A DNA stretch of 64,000 nt from Lingula anatina (Eukaryota > Animalia > Brachiopoda). Below are positions 24,551 to 35,814 of this stretch, piece after piece (positions within the stretch are counted from its first letter, which is position 1; every line of letters begins with the position of its first letter). The notes beneath the pieces are model-generated. The model searched no databases. It saw nothing but the letters and a program-made list of their open reading frames with translations, and was not told where the DNA came from. Both the position numbers and the translations under genes were made by a program. The stretch is from NCBI GenBank assembly GCA_051362555.1, contig CM120642.1:26660001-26724000 (forward strand), read 5' to 3'.

Positions 24551-24772
24551 TTATTACCTCCGCCAGGGAGGTTATGTTTTCACCCCTGTTTTTTTTTTTT
24601 TTTTTTTTTTTTGTTAGCCTGTCTGTCTGTCATCAACATAACTCAAAAAGTTATGGACTGATTTTTATGAGCCAAGGAAGAGATGATTAGTTTTTGGTGG
24701 TGATCCAATAATCAATAATAATCAAAAATTGCTGCCTTGGCAGAGGTCTGTGCTCTCGGAGTGCTTTTCTAG
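24551..24772 (+). mobile_element. Short HINE/Helentron-like element
   Basis: TTATTACCTCCGCCAGGGAGG 5' end, TGTC microsatellite, 3' subTIR CCTTGGCAGAGGT, hairpin-like GCTCTCGGAGTGC, TTTTCTAG end. Confidence 0.75.
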
Positions 24773-24837
24773 TTGAACTTGGTTCCCAACTACTGTTTGC
24801 ATTCCTAAGTATCCATACTTGGTCATTTCAATTGCAG

Positions 24838-24980
24838 GTGGAACTAGCTACAGGTCAATTCCCATACACAAACTGTAGAACTGATTTTGAAGTATTAACT
24901 AAAGTCCTGGAGGAGGACCCCCCTCTTCTACCCTCAGGGTCAGGCTTCAGTAGTGAGTTCCAGTCTTTTGTGAAGGAATG
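24838..24980 (+). CDS. MAP2K7: MKK7 exon 10 (VELATGQFPYTNCRTDFEVLTKVLEEDPP)
   Basis: Close match to MKK7. Confidence 0.98.
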
Positions 24981-25214
24981 GTGAGTTTATTGCCTATTAG
25001 TTTTTGGTTTTAGTGAATTTCATGTAACTTTGATTAATGTCCTTTGATTAATATTGTTTTCAAATCTTGAATAGATATGGACATTTCTGACAATATGTAT
25101 TCAGCAAAATTATCATGAAATAAGATCACATGCTTGAAAATGAGACAGAATTTAAAAGTTGATCTTCATCCTTTGATGATTTTTTAATGCTTAAGGACAC
25201 TGTTTTATTTACAG

Positions 25215-25260
25215 TCTTGCTAAGGATTATCGAAAGAGACCAAAATATAGGAAGTTACTG
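25215..25260 (+). CDS. MAP2K7: MKK7 exon 11 (LAKDYRKRPKYRKLL)
   Basis: Subdomain XI; 46 nt, phase 2-0. Confidence 0.96.
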
Positions 25261-25602
25261 GTAGGTGAATTATAAAATATTTTCATTTCTGTAGTAAATG
25301 GTCTTATGCTGTCACATTTTATTATGATATATAGTCAATTTTATTTTATAAAAATTCATCAGATTTAGAAAAAATTTTAAAAAAAAGGCTATATGGTCAG
25401 ATATCCAAAAATTTCAGAAATTATAATAAGTTGTTTGATTATTTAAGACAGGAAAATAATTTGCTTCTGGCAGAATCTGCTCAGAAACATTTTTCACCAG
25501 TCTTTTTGTTCATTGCTGGTGAATAAATTGCGAATAAATGCCCTTTTATATTTATATATATTTGTGTAAAATTGATAATTTTCTATTATATTTTTTTCAC
25601 AG

Positions 25603-25722
25603 GATCATCCTTTCATTAAGAAATATGAGACGGCTGATGTGAATGTGGCGGAATGGTTTGCAGCAGTGCAGAGCAAAAACACCAGCAGCTTAGCCAGTGC
25701 GTCCACTCACCAACACAGATGA
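25603..25722 (+). CDS. MAP2K7: MKK7 last coding exon (DHPFIKKYETADVNVAEWF...stop)
   Basis: DVD-site region; TGA at 25720-25722. Confidence 0.95.
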   Translation, partial: DHPFIKKYETADVNVAEWFAAVQSKNTSSLASASTHQHR

Positions 25723-28700
25723 CTGTACAAGAACTGACCACGGGCACTGACCATGACTCCAAGATTATTATACCACTACTATCAGTATCAGTATAGTCTT
25801 GTTTTGTAATAAACAAATGTCACATGTGTATTTCTGCATTGTCACAGAGAACCGGGGTCGTTAGTCATAGTTGATAGCAGGAATCTTAGTGACTAAAGTG
25901 ACACCTGGTGACAGGATGTGACTACAGTGACATCTGGTGAGAGGCATTGCGACTTGAGTGACACCTGGTGGTTGCAGATATGGTTTATGTTAAGGATTTA
26001 AGATACGCAGCATTGTGCCCAGCAGTTATTGTTTTCCATGTAAGGTTACTTATGTGCAAAGGTACCTTTAAAGAAAGTTGCTGGGTGGTTTTCTTCAGAA
26101 AAGAAAGACCAGTGAATCGATGGCAAGTTCTCCTCATCTTTGTAGCAATCTGGTTGGATGGAGAGGAAAGTTAAATAATGATAAGTTATGGTTTTTACCT
26201 GGGCGCTGTGCATTTGTGTCCACATGAATGTGAGAATATTTGTACTCCTGCAAGGGAGGGAAGAGAATGGAAACCCAAATCATGACAAAAGTTTTTCAGA
26301 CAGATTTCAGTGTTATGTTATACCACGCATTTGCTCATGAATGGTGCTGGTGAAAATGTTGGGCGGAAAAGAGGTGATGTTGTTTTCTTTGCAGTTGTGT
26401 TGTATTGTTAGTTCAGTATAATGATTGAACTGGATCAGAACATGAAATAACCAGCTAAAATCATGTAGTAGATGAATAAGAATGACGTATTTTCATGATG
26501 CAAAGATCATGTGAAAAAAATGTGGCATAGCTTCATCAGTGTATGTTGAAATGACCACAATTCGTTAGAGGGGGGAAAATTAGAATTTTCAGTGTTTTAT
26601 GCAGTGTTTTTGTTGGCAGCAGAGTATTGATGGTGTTATAAGGTCATTAATCATGATGTTGTCTTATATATGATGTCAGTTATTGTGACATACTGGTTCA
26701 AAAGATCATGGCGTCACTGTTCATAATGATGTCACAGATTATGATGTCACTGTCGATAATGATGAAATAGATTATGATGTCACAGGTTGATGTCACTGTT
26801 GTTGATGATGTCACGGATTTTGAATGTCAAGAATGTAATGTCACAGGTTAATAATAACTGATTATGATGTCACGGAAAATTGATGATATCGGTTGTACAG
26901 GTCACAAATGGATTGACCATAGACATACTTGTGCAGTACATACATCTTTGATGGATAAGTTGCTGGACCACTGACCTGCAATGCTTAATGATTGCCACGA
27001 TTGTATATTAGGTTGTAAATTAGTGGTTATTTTAACACTTTCGTGCATACATTTTATTGATCTGTTGCATTTGAAGCAACAGCTGAGAACACTGATGAGG
27101 TCACATGGTCATGTATGATGTCATTTTTGACTCGGTGATCTCACATTGAAAAAAATTGGTTGCAGAAAGGGTTACCCAAACCAGTGTCCTTGAGATGTTA
27201 CATTGATAGGAATTTGTGAAGAAATAGTTGAAGCATGCATGTTTCTGAGCTGAAGGTCTTTATGATTTTATCCAGAAATTTGGATGCTTGTAAGACATTT
27301 ATTTTTTAAAGTTTGGTGAGGGGGAGCCCCCATGTTAAGCTGCGCACCTTTGTCACTTGCATTTTTGGATTTTTTAAAAGGCCCAATTTCATCTCAGATG
27401 TTTTAAAATATAACCTTATTTTGCCAAGTGTGACTGATGCGGGGTCGTTATGAGGCTTTTCTCTTGAAAATATTCCTATTCAAAATTTTCGAATTCCAAG
27501 TCAAATTTCTTTCACACAGAGTAGATAACTCTGTGAGAAACTTATGTTCACTGTGCATGATTGCTGACTTTAAAGATCATGACATTTTGTCATTCCTCAT
27601 TTTGTTGAATATCTCTATGACCAGGGCCACAGGAGAATGAGGACCTCAGTATGCAATGCCGTGGAAGAAAATAAGCTGGCAAATTCTCTTTTGAGAAACT
27701 ATGTTGACTGTGTAATGTATTTTGCCTATTTTAGGCAGACATCAAGCGAAATTGGAGGGTCTTCTGACTTGAATTTATATGTAAAAAATCCTAATGTAGA
27801 AAATCCATTTCAACAATATGGAATAAGTGAATTGGATAAACAGTACTGTATTGGATCTGGATATGACTTTGTTGTTGGCAGTAACATTTTGCCAAATTTT
27901 GAATTTTGAGCATCAACTAGTTGCAGTAATGATGAGTTCATTTGGTGTGTATGTTAAACCAGCGCCATGTCATATATCACTGTAATTCCCATCAAATAAC
28001 ACCATTTTCATATGATGTAGATCAATCCAAATTGATATTGTGCTCATATTTATGCAACATTTGCTATGGTTTATTTGTGTTGTACCAGAGCAGTAATGTT
28101 AATGTTATCTTTGGAGGTTTGAAGATGACTTTGTCAACTATTGTTCTGAGGTTCTGCCATTTCCAGTATGGAAATAGTTAACTTGGGGTGCATTTAAAGT
28201 CAAGTTGTAACGATTTAACTGAGTATCATATGGTCACAAGCCATCGCAGCTGGACAGCAAATGTTACCTTTTTTTTCAAAGAAAATGTGCCAAGCTTTTT
28301 AAACCACCATAGACATTGCAACATGTAGTCCCTCTCGGTTTTAAGCCACTGGTTCTATTTTCTTATTTTTCATTTTTAGGTCAAGAGTAATTGATAACTA
28401 AATTGTTGTTAGTCATCCATTATCTTCACGGAGTTAGGGAGAGGCGTTTTGGGCGCCACTGAAGACATCTGGGCAACTGCCTAAAATGTTAAGCTTCAGC
28501 TCTCGTGATAATTGAAAGGAGGTGTCTCTTTGGCAATATCTATTATCGAACTGCAAGTGCCAGTACAGGCTGTGGACAGTTTAAGAAAAAAACTAATCCC
28601 GCTCTGCTTTAACCTCCTGAAGCATATGAAGGATATATAGGACCCCCTATCAGGGTCGTTGTCATAAACGTGCTCCGTGCATAAGGTACCATAAGCCCTG

Positions 28701-28816
28701 GAGGGGAGCTGAACCATGTATTTAAATAAATTGGTGTTCACATAACCCATGTATGTTCAGTGTGACGGCGTGAATGGTTCGCTCGTTTGCTAACCATGAC
28801 AATGTTTTTTTTCCAG

Positions 28817-28822
28817 AATAAA
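28817..28822 (+). terminator. Candidate distal polyadenylation signal of MAP2K7 (a proximal AATAAA also lies near 25808)
   Basis: AATAAA followed by T/GT-rich sequence; coincides with the shift in CpG content. Confidence 0.45.
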
Positions 28823-29562
28823 TGCATTTATAAAATCTTGGTTTATAAGGCGTTTTATTTATGTGATTTTAATGAGGTTATTGGTTAAGATGTGTTTAGG
28901 AATTGTGACCGCGTTTTAACAAGTTTCTTCACACACCGCACCCAATTTCCTACGTAAATTACGTAAATCTTGTCATTTAGCACTGGCATAACAACTGTCT
29001 ACATTAAATACAATTAAGACAGTACCTTAGGCGAAATTTCCTGAAAAAATGTTTGGTGAAATGCCAAACTTCAGGTCACATTTTGATTATCCCTTGAGTT
29101 GATCCCAAACCCTTATGGCCTTATTATCTACGCGTGCAGAGCCAACAAATGAGCGTCCATTTATTCTCATTACTTCTTAATAGAATGTCACTGTCAGTAG
29201 AGTGGCATTTTAAACCATTCACTACGACTCCAAAGTTCTGTAAAATAATACGACCAAGAATCAAACTCATTTAGATGAAAGGGCAGCCTTCTTTGGGCTG
29301 AATGGCGTTTTTCTTCACTTTACCAAAGTTCATTATTTCAAGTTGAAACAAAGTATTTTAAAATATTGGATCTCTGAAAATTTGGCAATGATGGTTATGA
29401 CCCGACGGTTCTGCTTGTATTTTATATAGGCCTATATATAAACCACCGGTGTCGCTTCCATTTTATTTATATTAATATATATTAATGGCCAAATACAGTG
29501 AAACTCACTAGCGGAGACCAGCTGACTGATGACGTCATTTCTATGCAAAAATTCTCGTTACA

Positions 29563-29812
29563 CTGGATAACGCTATCCTATGGATAACACTATCTCTGGC
29601 AAACGATATCCTATGGAAAACACTATCTCTGGACAGTTACCCTAAGGATAGTAGTCATTATTAATTCACTGGATAGCAATTTCAGAAACTAAAACAAGTA
29701 TCCAGCGTTTGGAAAAACATAACTTTACCTACAGGATAACTGACCAGAGGATAACAATTGCATCTAATGGATAGCGTTCTTTAGAGTATCCAATGTTGAT
29801 GAACCTGGGCCC
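29563..29812. mobile_element. Partial MITE with repeated TGGATAAC..TATCC motifs
   Basis: Multiple GGATAA/TATCC palindromic units ending in TTGATGAACCTGGGCCC (Harbinger-like TIR); the left TIR was not found. Confidence 0.45.
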
Positions 29813-30206
29813 AAGTGTATCGAGTAAGGTCCACCCAAAGGATAAAAGCTAAAAAGCATAGCAAGTGGAGATTTGAATCAAAATTTCAATTCAATTTATT
29901 TTGTCATTGGAAGCCAACCTTTTGTATTATATGATGGTATTTCTAGTTGCATCAGCATTACAAAATGGCTATCAATCTTTTCAATGAACCACTGACTTAT
30001 ATAGGTGGTATACCAAAACGGAATACCCCCCCCCCCCCCCAAAAAAAAAAAAAAAAAACATATAGTACACTCTAACTTACGTCTAATATTTAAGTCGTGC
30101 CATCAATTTGAGTTAATGACTCAACGTGGTACGAATAACGTCATTTGGTCTTGACCGCAAAGGACACAAAATAATTAAATTAAAATAATTTGTTGACATT
30201 TATTCT

Positions 30207-30222
30207 GCCGCCCCCTTGTGGC
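30207..30222 (-). promoter_or_regulatory. CTCF-like motif GCCACAAGGGGGCGGC
   Basis: Close match to the CTCF core consensus CCACCAGGGGGCGC; lies in the intergenic DNA between MAP2K7 and the VWA locus. Confidence 0.45.
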
Positions 30223-32003
30223 GCCGGTCTACCAGGGTAGAACGCCCAGCTTTAGGAGCAATTCATACTCAAGCTTATATAATTATAAGTCAAGATGTCA
30301 ACACTTACAGCGTGTTTTAACACTCACTTAGGTCTCCATCGGAGTTTGAAAAATAATTCCTATGTCGAGAGAGTCGGCGCAGAAGGTATCACTTATTTAA
30401 AGGCACGTGAAGAGCGTGAAATATAACATTTTAATTTCCTGAAAATGTCAACTTTTTCCTTTAGTCAGTAAGGAAAATCATATCCAAAACCGTTGACAGA
30501 ACTACGATAAAAAAAAACCGTGTTTGAATTATTAGTTTCAATTTTTTAGATAGAGACTGGTACATTTCACCCGTGGCAGTAAAACAAAAAATTTAGAAGT
30601 ACTTGTAGATTTAGTTTTTTTTAAATAATCTATTTGAAAATAGATATAAATTTCATCAACAATTTGGGATAGGATGTAGGGACTACCCTTGTGATGAAGG
30701 GATTTTTTTCTTTTTTTTCTTTGCTTTGCTTTTTAAAGGTCTAGCGCGCATTGTATGCCTTAAAAAGATTTGTCAAATTTTTAAACACTTCTTTCGGTAT
30801 TCATCAGTGCACGACTCCATGCAGCCAACACACTTGTTAACGTGCCTGTTGTGGGTCATGGAAATGTCTCTAAGATGCTTCTAGGTTCACGATCATACCT
30901 AATCTTGGAGCATTTTGAAAACGGTTGTCAGCGTTCATTAATGTCGTCGTCTGATCGTCTACTGCAGAACGTAACCATCTTGTCGACATTGACTTCTGCG
31001 TTTGGTGCAGGTGAGACAGTGGCAACGCGAGAGCCAAACAATTCACCTTTTCGTACTTAATCTTTACAAATTTGTCATTAACAGGCATTAGAAATCTGCA
31101 AAAAAGTTTATCTCAGAAAAAATACACTGGTTATAGCCGTTTACCATAAGGCAGCCCTTTTTTTCTTCTTTCACGATCAAGGGTATGCGAGTGTTCTAAG
31201 CAGAGCAGCATAAAATAACTTAAACCGCACTTTTTGCCGTTAACTTTGGAATCTAAGTGTATCTAGGCTTAACATATTCGGTTATATGTTTACTTTAGAT
31301 CTTTTTTTGGTTCCTAGTGTCTTTTATCTTATCAAACAGCTAGCCCATAAAGACGCCGCTAATAAAACGGTCAGCAAGATGCGTGAGAAAGTATCCCAAA
31401 GTATTATTATCTGTGGGGAAAAAGCTTTGCCTTGTATCCAGATGCTAATTAAACGTTTTTGACTTAGATTTATGCCACCGTTCAGACGTGAATCCTATCA
31501 GGTCTGCGCAACGCGTCGTAAGGTCAAAATACACGTGTAAAATCGCTCTGAAGTCTACATTCACCGGAAAATGTATGTACAATTTGCATTCTGTGTCATC
31601 CTAGTTTGGGACTACATTTAGTTAACCGTTGGGGTCCTGGAACCTGAATGTTTGAAGTGATCGTGAGATTCATGAATGATTTTTTTCTGGATCTAACTGA
31701 TCGTAAATAATCAGAAAGAAAAATGACATCCCCAATTACGTTATTTAACGTTTATGCTCTCAGACACCAGGTTGCTTTTCATTAATTGCGCATGCATGCC
31801 ACATCTTGGTATAAAATAAGTTGCGCTTTGAAGCTATGGTGTTAGGATATTGTTACTGTTGCTGTTGCCCAACGCGAGAGAGGGAAAAAGATATACGTGG
31901 ACCATAGTCCGCGTGGTTTTCATAACCAGACGAGTATTTAGGGCTCAGCCTGATAGAGTAAATACAGTCGGCACTTCTAGCGGACTTACTGCACGTTTCA
32001 GTC

Positions 32004-32087
32004 ATGGACTCCCTTTGGGCAGTTGTGTTTTTTCTTGCGTCTCTTTACGTCACTAATGGACAAGACCACGGAGTGATTGATATAACG
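32004..32087 (+). CDS. Signal-peptide first exon A (MDSLWAVVFFLASLYVTNG-QDHGVIDIT) of the VWA-protein locus
   Basis: GTCATGG start context, hydrophobic core, TNG/Q cleavage site, phase-0 donor ACG|GTAAGA. Confidence 0.7.
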
Positions 32088-33672
32088 GTAAGAATCCTTA
32101 CCATTTTCAATGCAGAAGGTTTTGTTTTATTTGGTTTTTGTAACTCTATCGCAATTTGGCATATGTTTATGTTTCTATATTTGCAGTATTTACTGGACTT
32201 TTGTCATATATGTGGCGTTAACTGTACACAAATGTGCATGAGTAAATAGAAAAGGTGTCTTGTACAATTTTTCACGTTTCATTCGGCGCTCTTTTTCTCG
32301 GTATATTGCTTCTTCCTTTGACGTAGAAATGCCATTGGTGAATAAATAGATACAGAAACTGAGAATAAATCAAACGAATTGGACTATTTCTTGCTCAAAG
32401 TAAGACAAATGTTCGGACCGCACCTTTGATTTGTAATCATCTTTCTGACTGTTATTCATTCAAAAGAGAAAGCAAGTCAAGGTGACCAAGCACATAATTT
32501 CATAAGCTTGTGTTTTTCGTCTAAGTAAAGCCAAATATATATTTAGCTATAATTTTCATATAAAGCCTGAAATCTATCAAATATTCAGTAAAATGTAAGA
32601 ATAATGTAGGAAATACGATGTACTCAATACAATTGTTCGAGTTAAGATCGTGTATAGAAATTACGTTAGGTTGAAACATCGTTTACTTTTTTTGGATCTG
32701 CGATGACACAATGTAGCCCTTTTTCCAAGAAAAAAAGTGTTTTGTATTGAACTTCATATCATTTTTGCTTTATTTGTGCTGGTTGGAAGGTCAGATTGGA
32801 ATGTCGAATACGTTGAAATGATCGAAAAAGAATTGAGCATATACACGTACAGACAGATAAGTGGAACTAATTTTTACTTGCGGATAACGAATACATTCCA
32901 AATCCAAAACGAATTCAATTATCGACGCGTTGATTTACGGCACATAGATTTCGAAAATTCAGTCTGAAAATAAAAGGAGATAGAAAATGAGACTGATAAG
33001 TAGAGGAAAATAGTATACTTTCAAGAGTGCATTGGTCTCATCTACTGGGAAGCTAATCTGATTTTTAAACAACTTGCTGAGAAATCATTTTACGTGTGAT
33101 TAGTGCTAAGTGCTTCAAATGCTATTTCAATCCACACTGTCTATGAAGAATTTTTTCCGGAAATTTAAGACCATGCTATTTCTGTCAAGAAAATGGTAGA
33201 TTACTTTCTTTAATGATCCCGAATCAGGATTTGACGATCTGGAGGCAGCGTTGTTTATTTTCATTTTTTCTCTGTGGTGTGTCTAGATCCGTGGAATCAT
33301 GCAGAGGACGGCAAATCTTTTTTCATCGAAACAAAAAATAGTTATAAACTCCATTTCAAGGAATGGCGACTAGTAGGCTTATCTATGCAGAGTAGAAGTC
33401 GCCAAAAGTAGTCTTTCAAGGTCACTCCCTTAAAAACCTAAGATTTTGTGATTGATGCAACACAAGGTGAAAAGAAGTATTCTAAAGACATTTCCTAACT
33501 GATAAAAAAATCCATTTTAAAAGAAACATAGTTTTTTGTTGTTACAAGTTCATATCTAAATTAGATGTAAATTTGAAGTAGAATCAGATACTGGTAGATA
33601 CAGAGATCGATCAATATTTGAAATATGCCTAGAATCGCCTATCTTTGAACGTACTTTTATTTTGCATCTCAG

Positions 33673-33708
33673 CCAAAGATTATTAGAAACTGGATTATGG
33701 AGGTTAAG
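33673..33708 (+). CDS. Candidate 36-nt microexon (PKIIRNWIMEVK)
   Basis: ttttattttgcatctcag| acceptor, AAG|GTAAGT donor, phase 0-0, open frame. Confidence 0.45.
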
Positions 33709-35771
33709 GTAAGTGGACGAATGACCCCCCCCCCCCCCCTCACCCCAACCCTCACAAGCACACGCACGAGCGTGTGATCTCTCTCTCACATCCGCAACAC
33801 ATCCGTAAACACCAGTCTCCCATGTTACGACTCTCTTCTCAAGAATTAACCGCACACAATAAGAACACACGATTCTTTTAGAATCTCACCGCGATACGTC
33901 CAGAAAATGCACTTTCAAGCGAGTGATAGTTTATTCCACCAATCACGGTCTTTCATGGTTTGCCGATGCACCAAAGGTATTCACGTACACGTTTCACCAT
34001 ACAGATTTAAAACCGAATTCCAGTAACAGGTACCTGGTTATTCTTTCCATTGTTTGAACACGAAAACAGAAATGAATGTTCATTCACAACTCTGTAGGCC
34101 CCCATTCACCGTTGAAAGCTAAGAACTGCCCCTTGGTTTAATTTGTCTCTGCCTGAACGCCTCTTACCTCGTTCCATTTATTTTCAATGAGTTCGTGATG
34201 CATTGGCCAATCTGTACAAGAGAGCGGAACGCGTTCCTGTAGACGCACAGGGACTTTGCTTACCCATGGTAGCGTTTAGTTCAAACCTCAGAGCGTGAGG
34301 GGTCAGCTAAGAATTTAAAGAAAAACATGGTGATGACAAATGCTATGCGGGTTTGTTTCCATATGCGAAAGAGATACTACTGTGTTGTCAGTTTGGCGAG
34401 TTATTGTACATTATCTAATGTTTGTCATTTCATTTTGTTATTCGATAAGTCTGTTACTCTTAGGCGCTTCAGATATCAAAATAATTCGATAAGTTTACAA
34501 TATTGTTATGGCTAATACCAATTTGACTTGACATGATTTACGATTAGTATGCTGGGGATGTTAATACTTTTATGGATTAAACTTTGGAAATGGTAGATGA
34601 CTTAAGAGAAACGTAAGTAGACGTGCATGACATACACACACAAAAATGCTCAAAAACTTTCTGTTTCAAAATCCTGCGAAGTTCAGATCACAGGTGTTAT
34701 AACGTGTTCGTTCGTTGCCGGACAAGAAAGAGACATACTAAGCAAATTACTTTTGACCTCTGTAAATAGGTGTAACATAAGGTATTAACTCATCCCACAC
34801 GTGCACTGTACTGATCTTACAAGGATTTCAGTTATGTTATCACACCTGACTACCAATGTTCTGCAACCTGTTAAAGTAAACCAGATTACCTATATGTATC
34901 TTTAAACGGGTAAAAATGTTTTCAGACTTCATTACGGTGTCCGGAACGCGTCTTACTAGGGTTTTCAGTTGTCCAATCACGGTATTTTACCTTTACCGCA
35001 CAATTCAATTAACATTTAACAGTATTATCTCACCTATTCTTTAGTGGTAAGGTTTGTCTCAGTGTATAAAAGTTTAAAAACGTCCATTTTGAACATGTGA
35101 GCGTGTTAAAATGAATGTGTTCTTGTATAACCTGTTGGTCAGAAATGGGTGGACTGGATAATACTCTCTTGGGGGTTTGAAACTTTATTTCAAAATAATT
35201 GCAACTTACACGGAAAAAAGATTGTTTCTTCCTTATTCTGTTATTTCATTAACAATCGGTTCAAGGGTGTGGTGTTCCAAGGAAAGTAATACATTTAAAG
35301 ACGAGCCAATAAATCTTGGATACGGTTCCTTTGAAGTAAGGGTATTGAATATCCCCCAAACGCGTGTTTCAAAAATCGTACCAGATCCCAATTTGTTGTG
35401 TTCAATTAGTTCTTTTTGATCCAACCGCAGATTTGTGTTACAAATACACTCAGATGACACTGACATGTCATCACATATGTAGATAAAAAGGTAAGAAAGG
35501 AGACATTGATATCAGATTAAACGAAAATCCACTTCTTTCATATGACTGGTAAATTAGTGGTTCCCGTAATAAGTGAGTACACTTTTGACTGGTCATTAGT
35601 CTAGTTTGACGCTTGAGTACACTCAGACACAAAGCATGTTTTTCTTGTTCTCACTACCTCGTATTTGGTTCAATAACGGTTGATTGTTTATTATCTCTTG
35701 ACAGTTCTTTTAGAAAATAACTGACTCCGCCTAATATGCAATTGAAATAGCGGCATTGGAAATTCTTGGGC

Positions 35772-35814
<43 letters not shown>

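Noticed and set aside
28496-28750. 84-aa minus-strand ORF
   Set aside because: No recognisable domain or exon chain; adjacent to what looks like a retroelement 3' remnant (~28400-28480).
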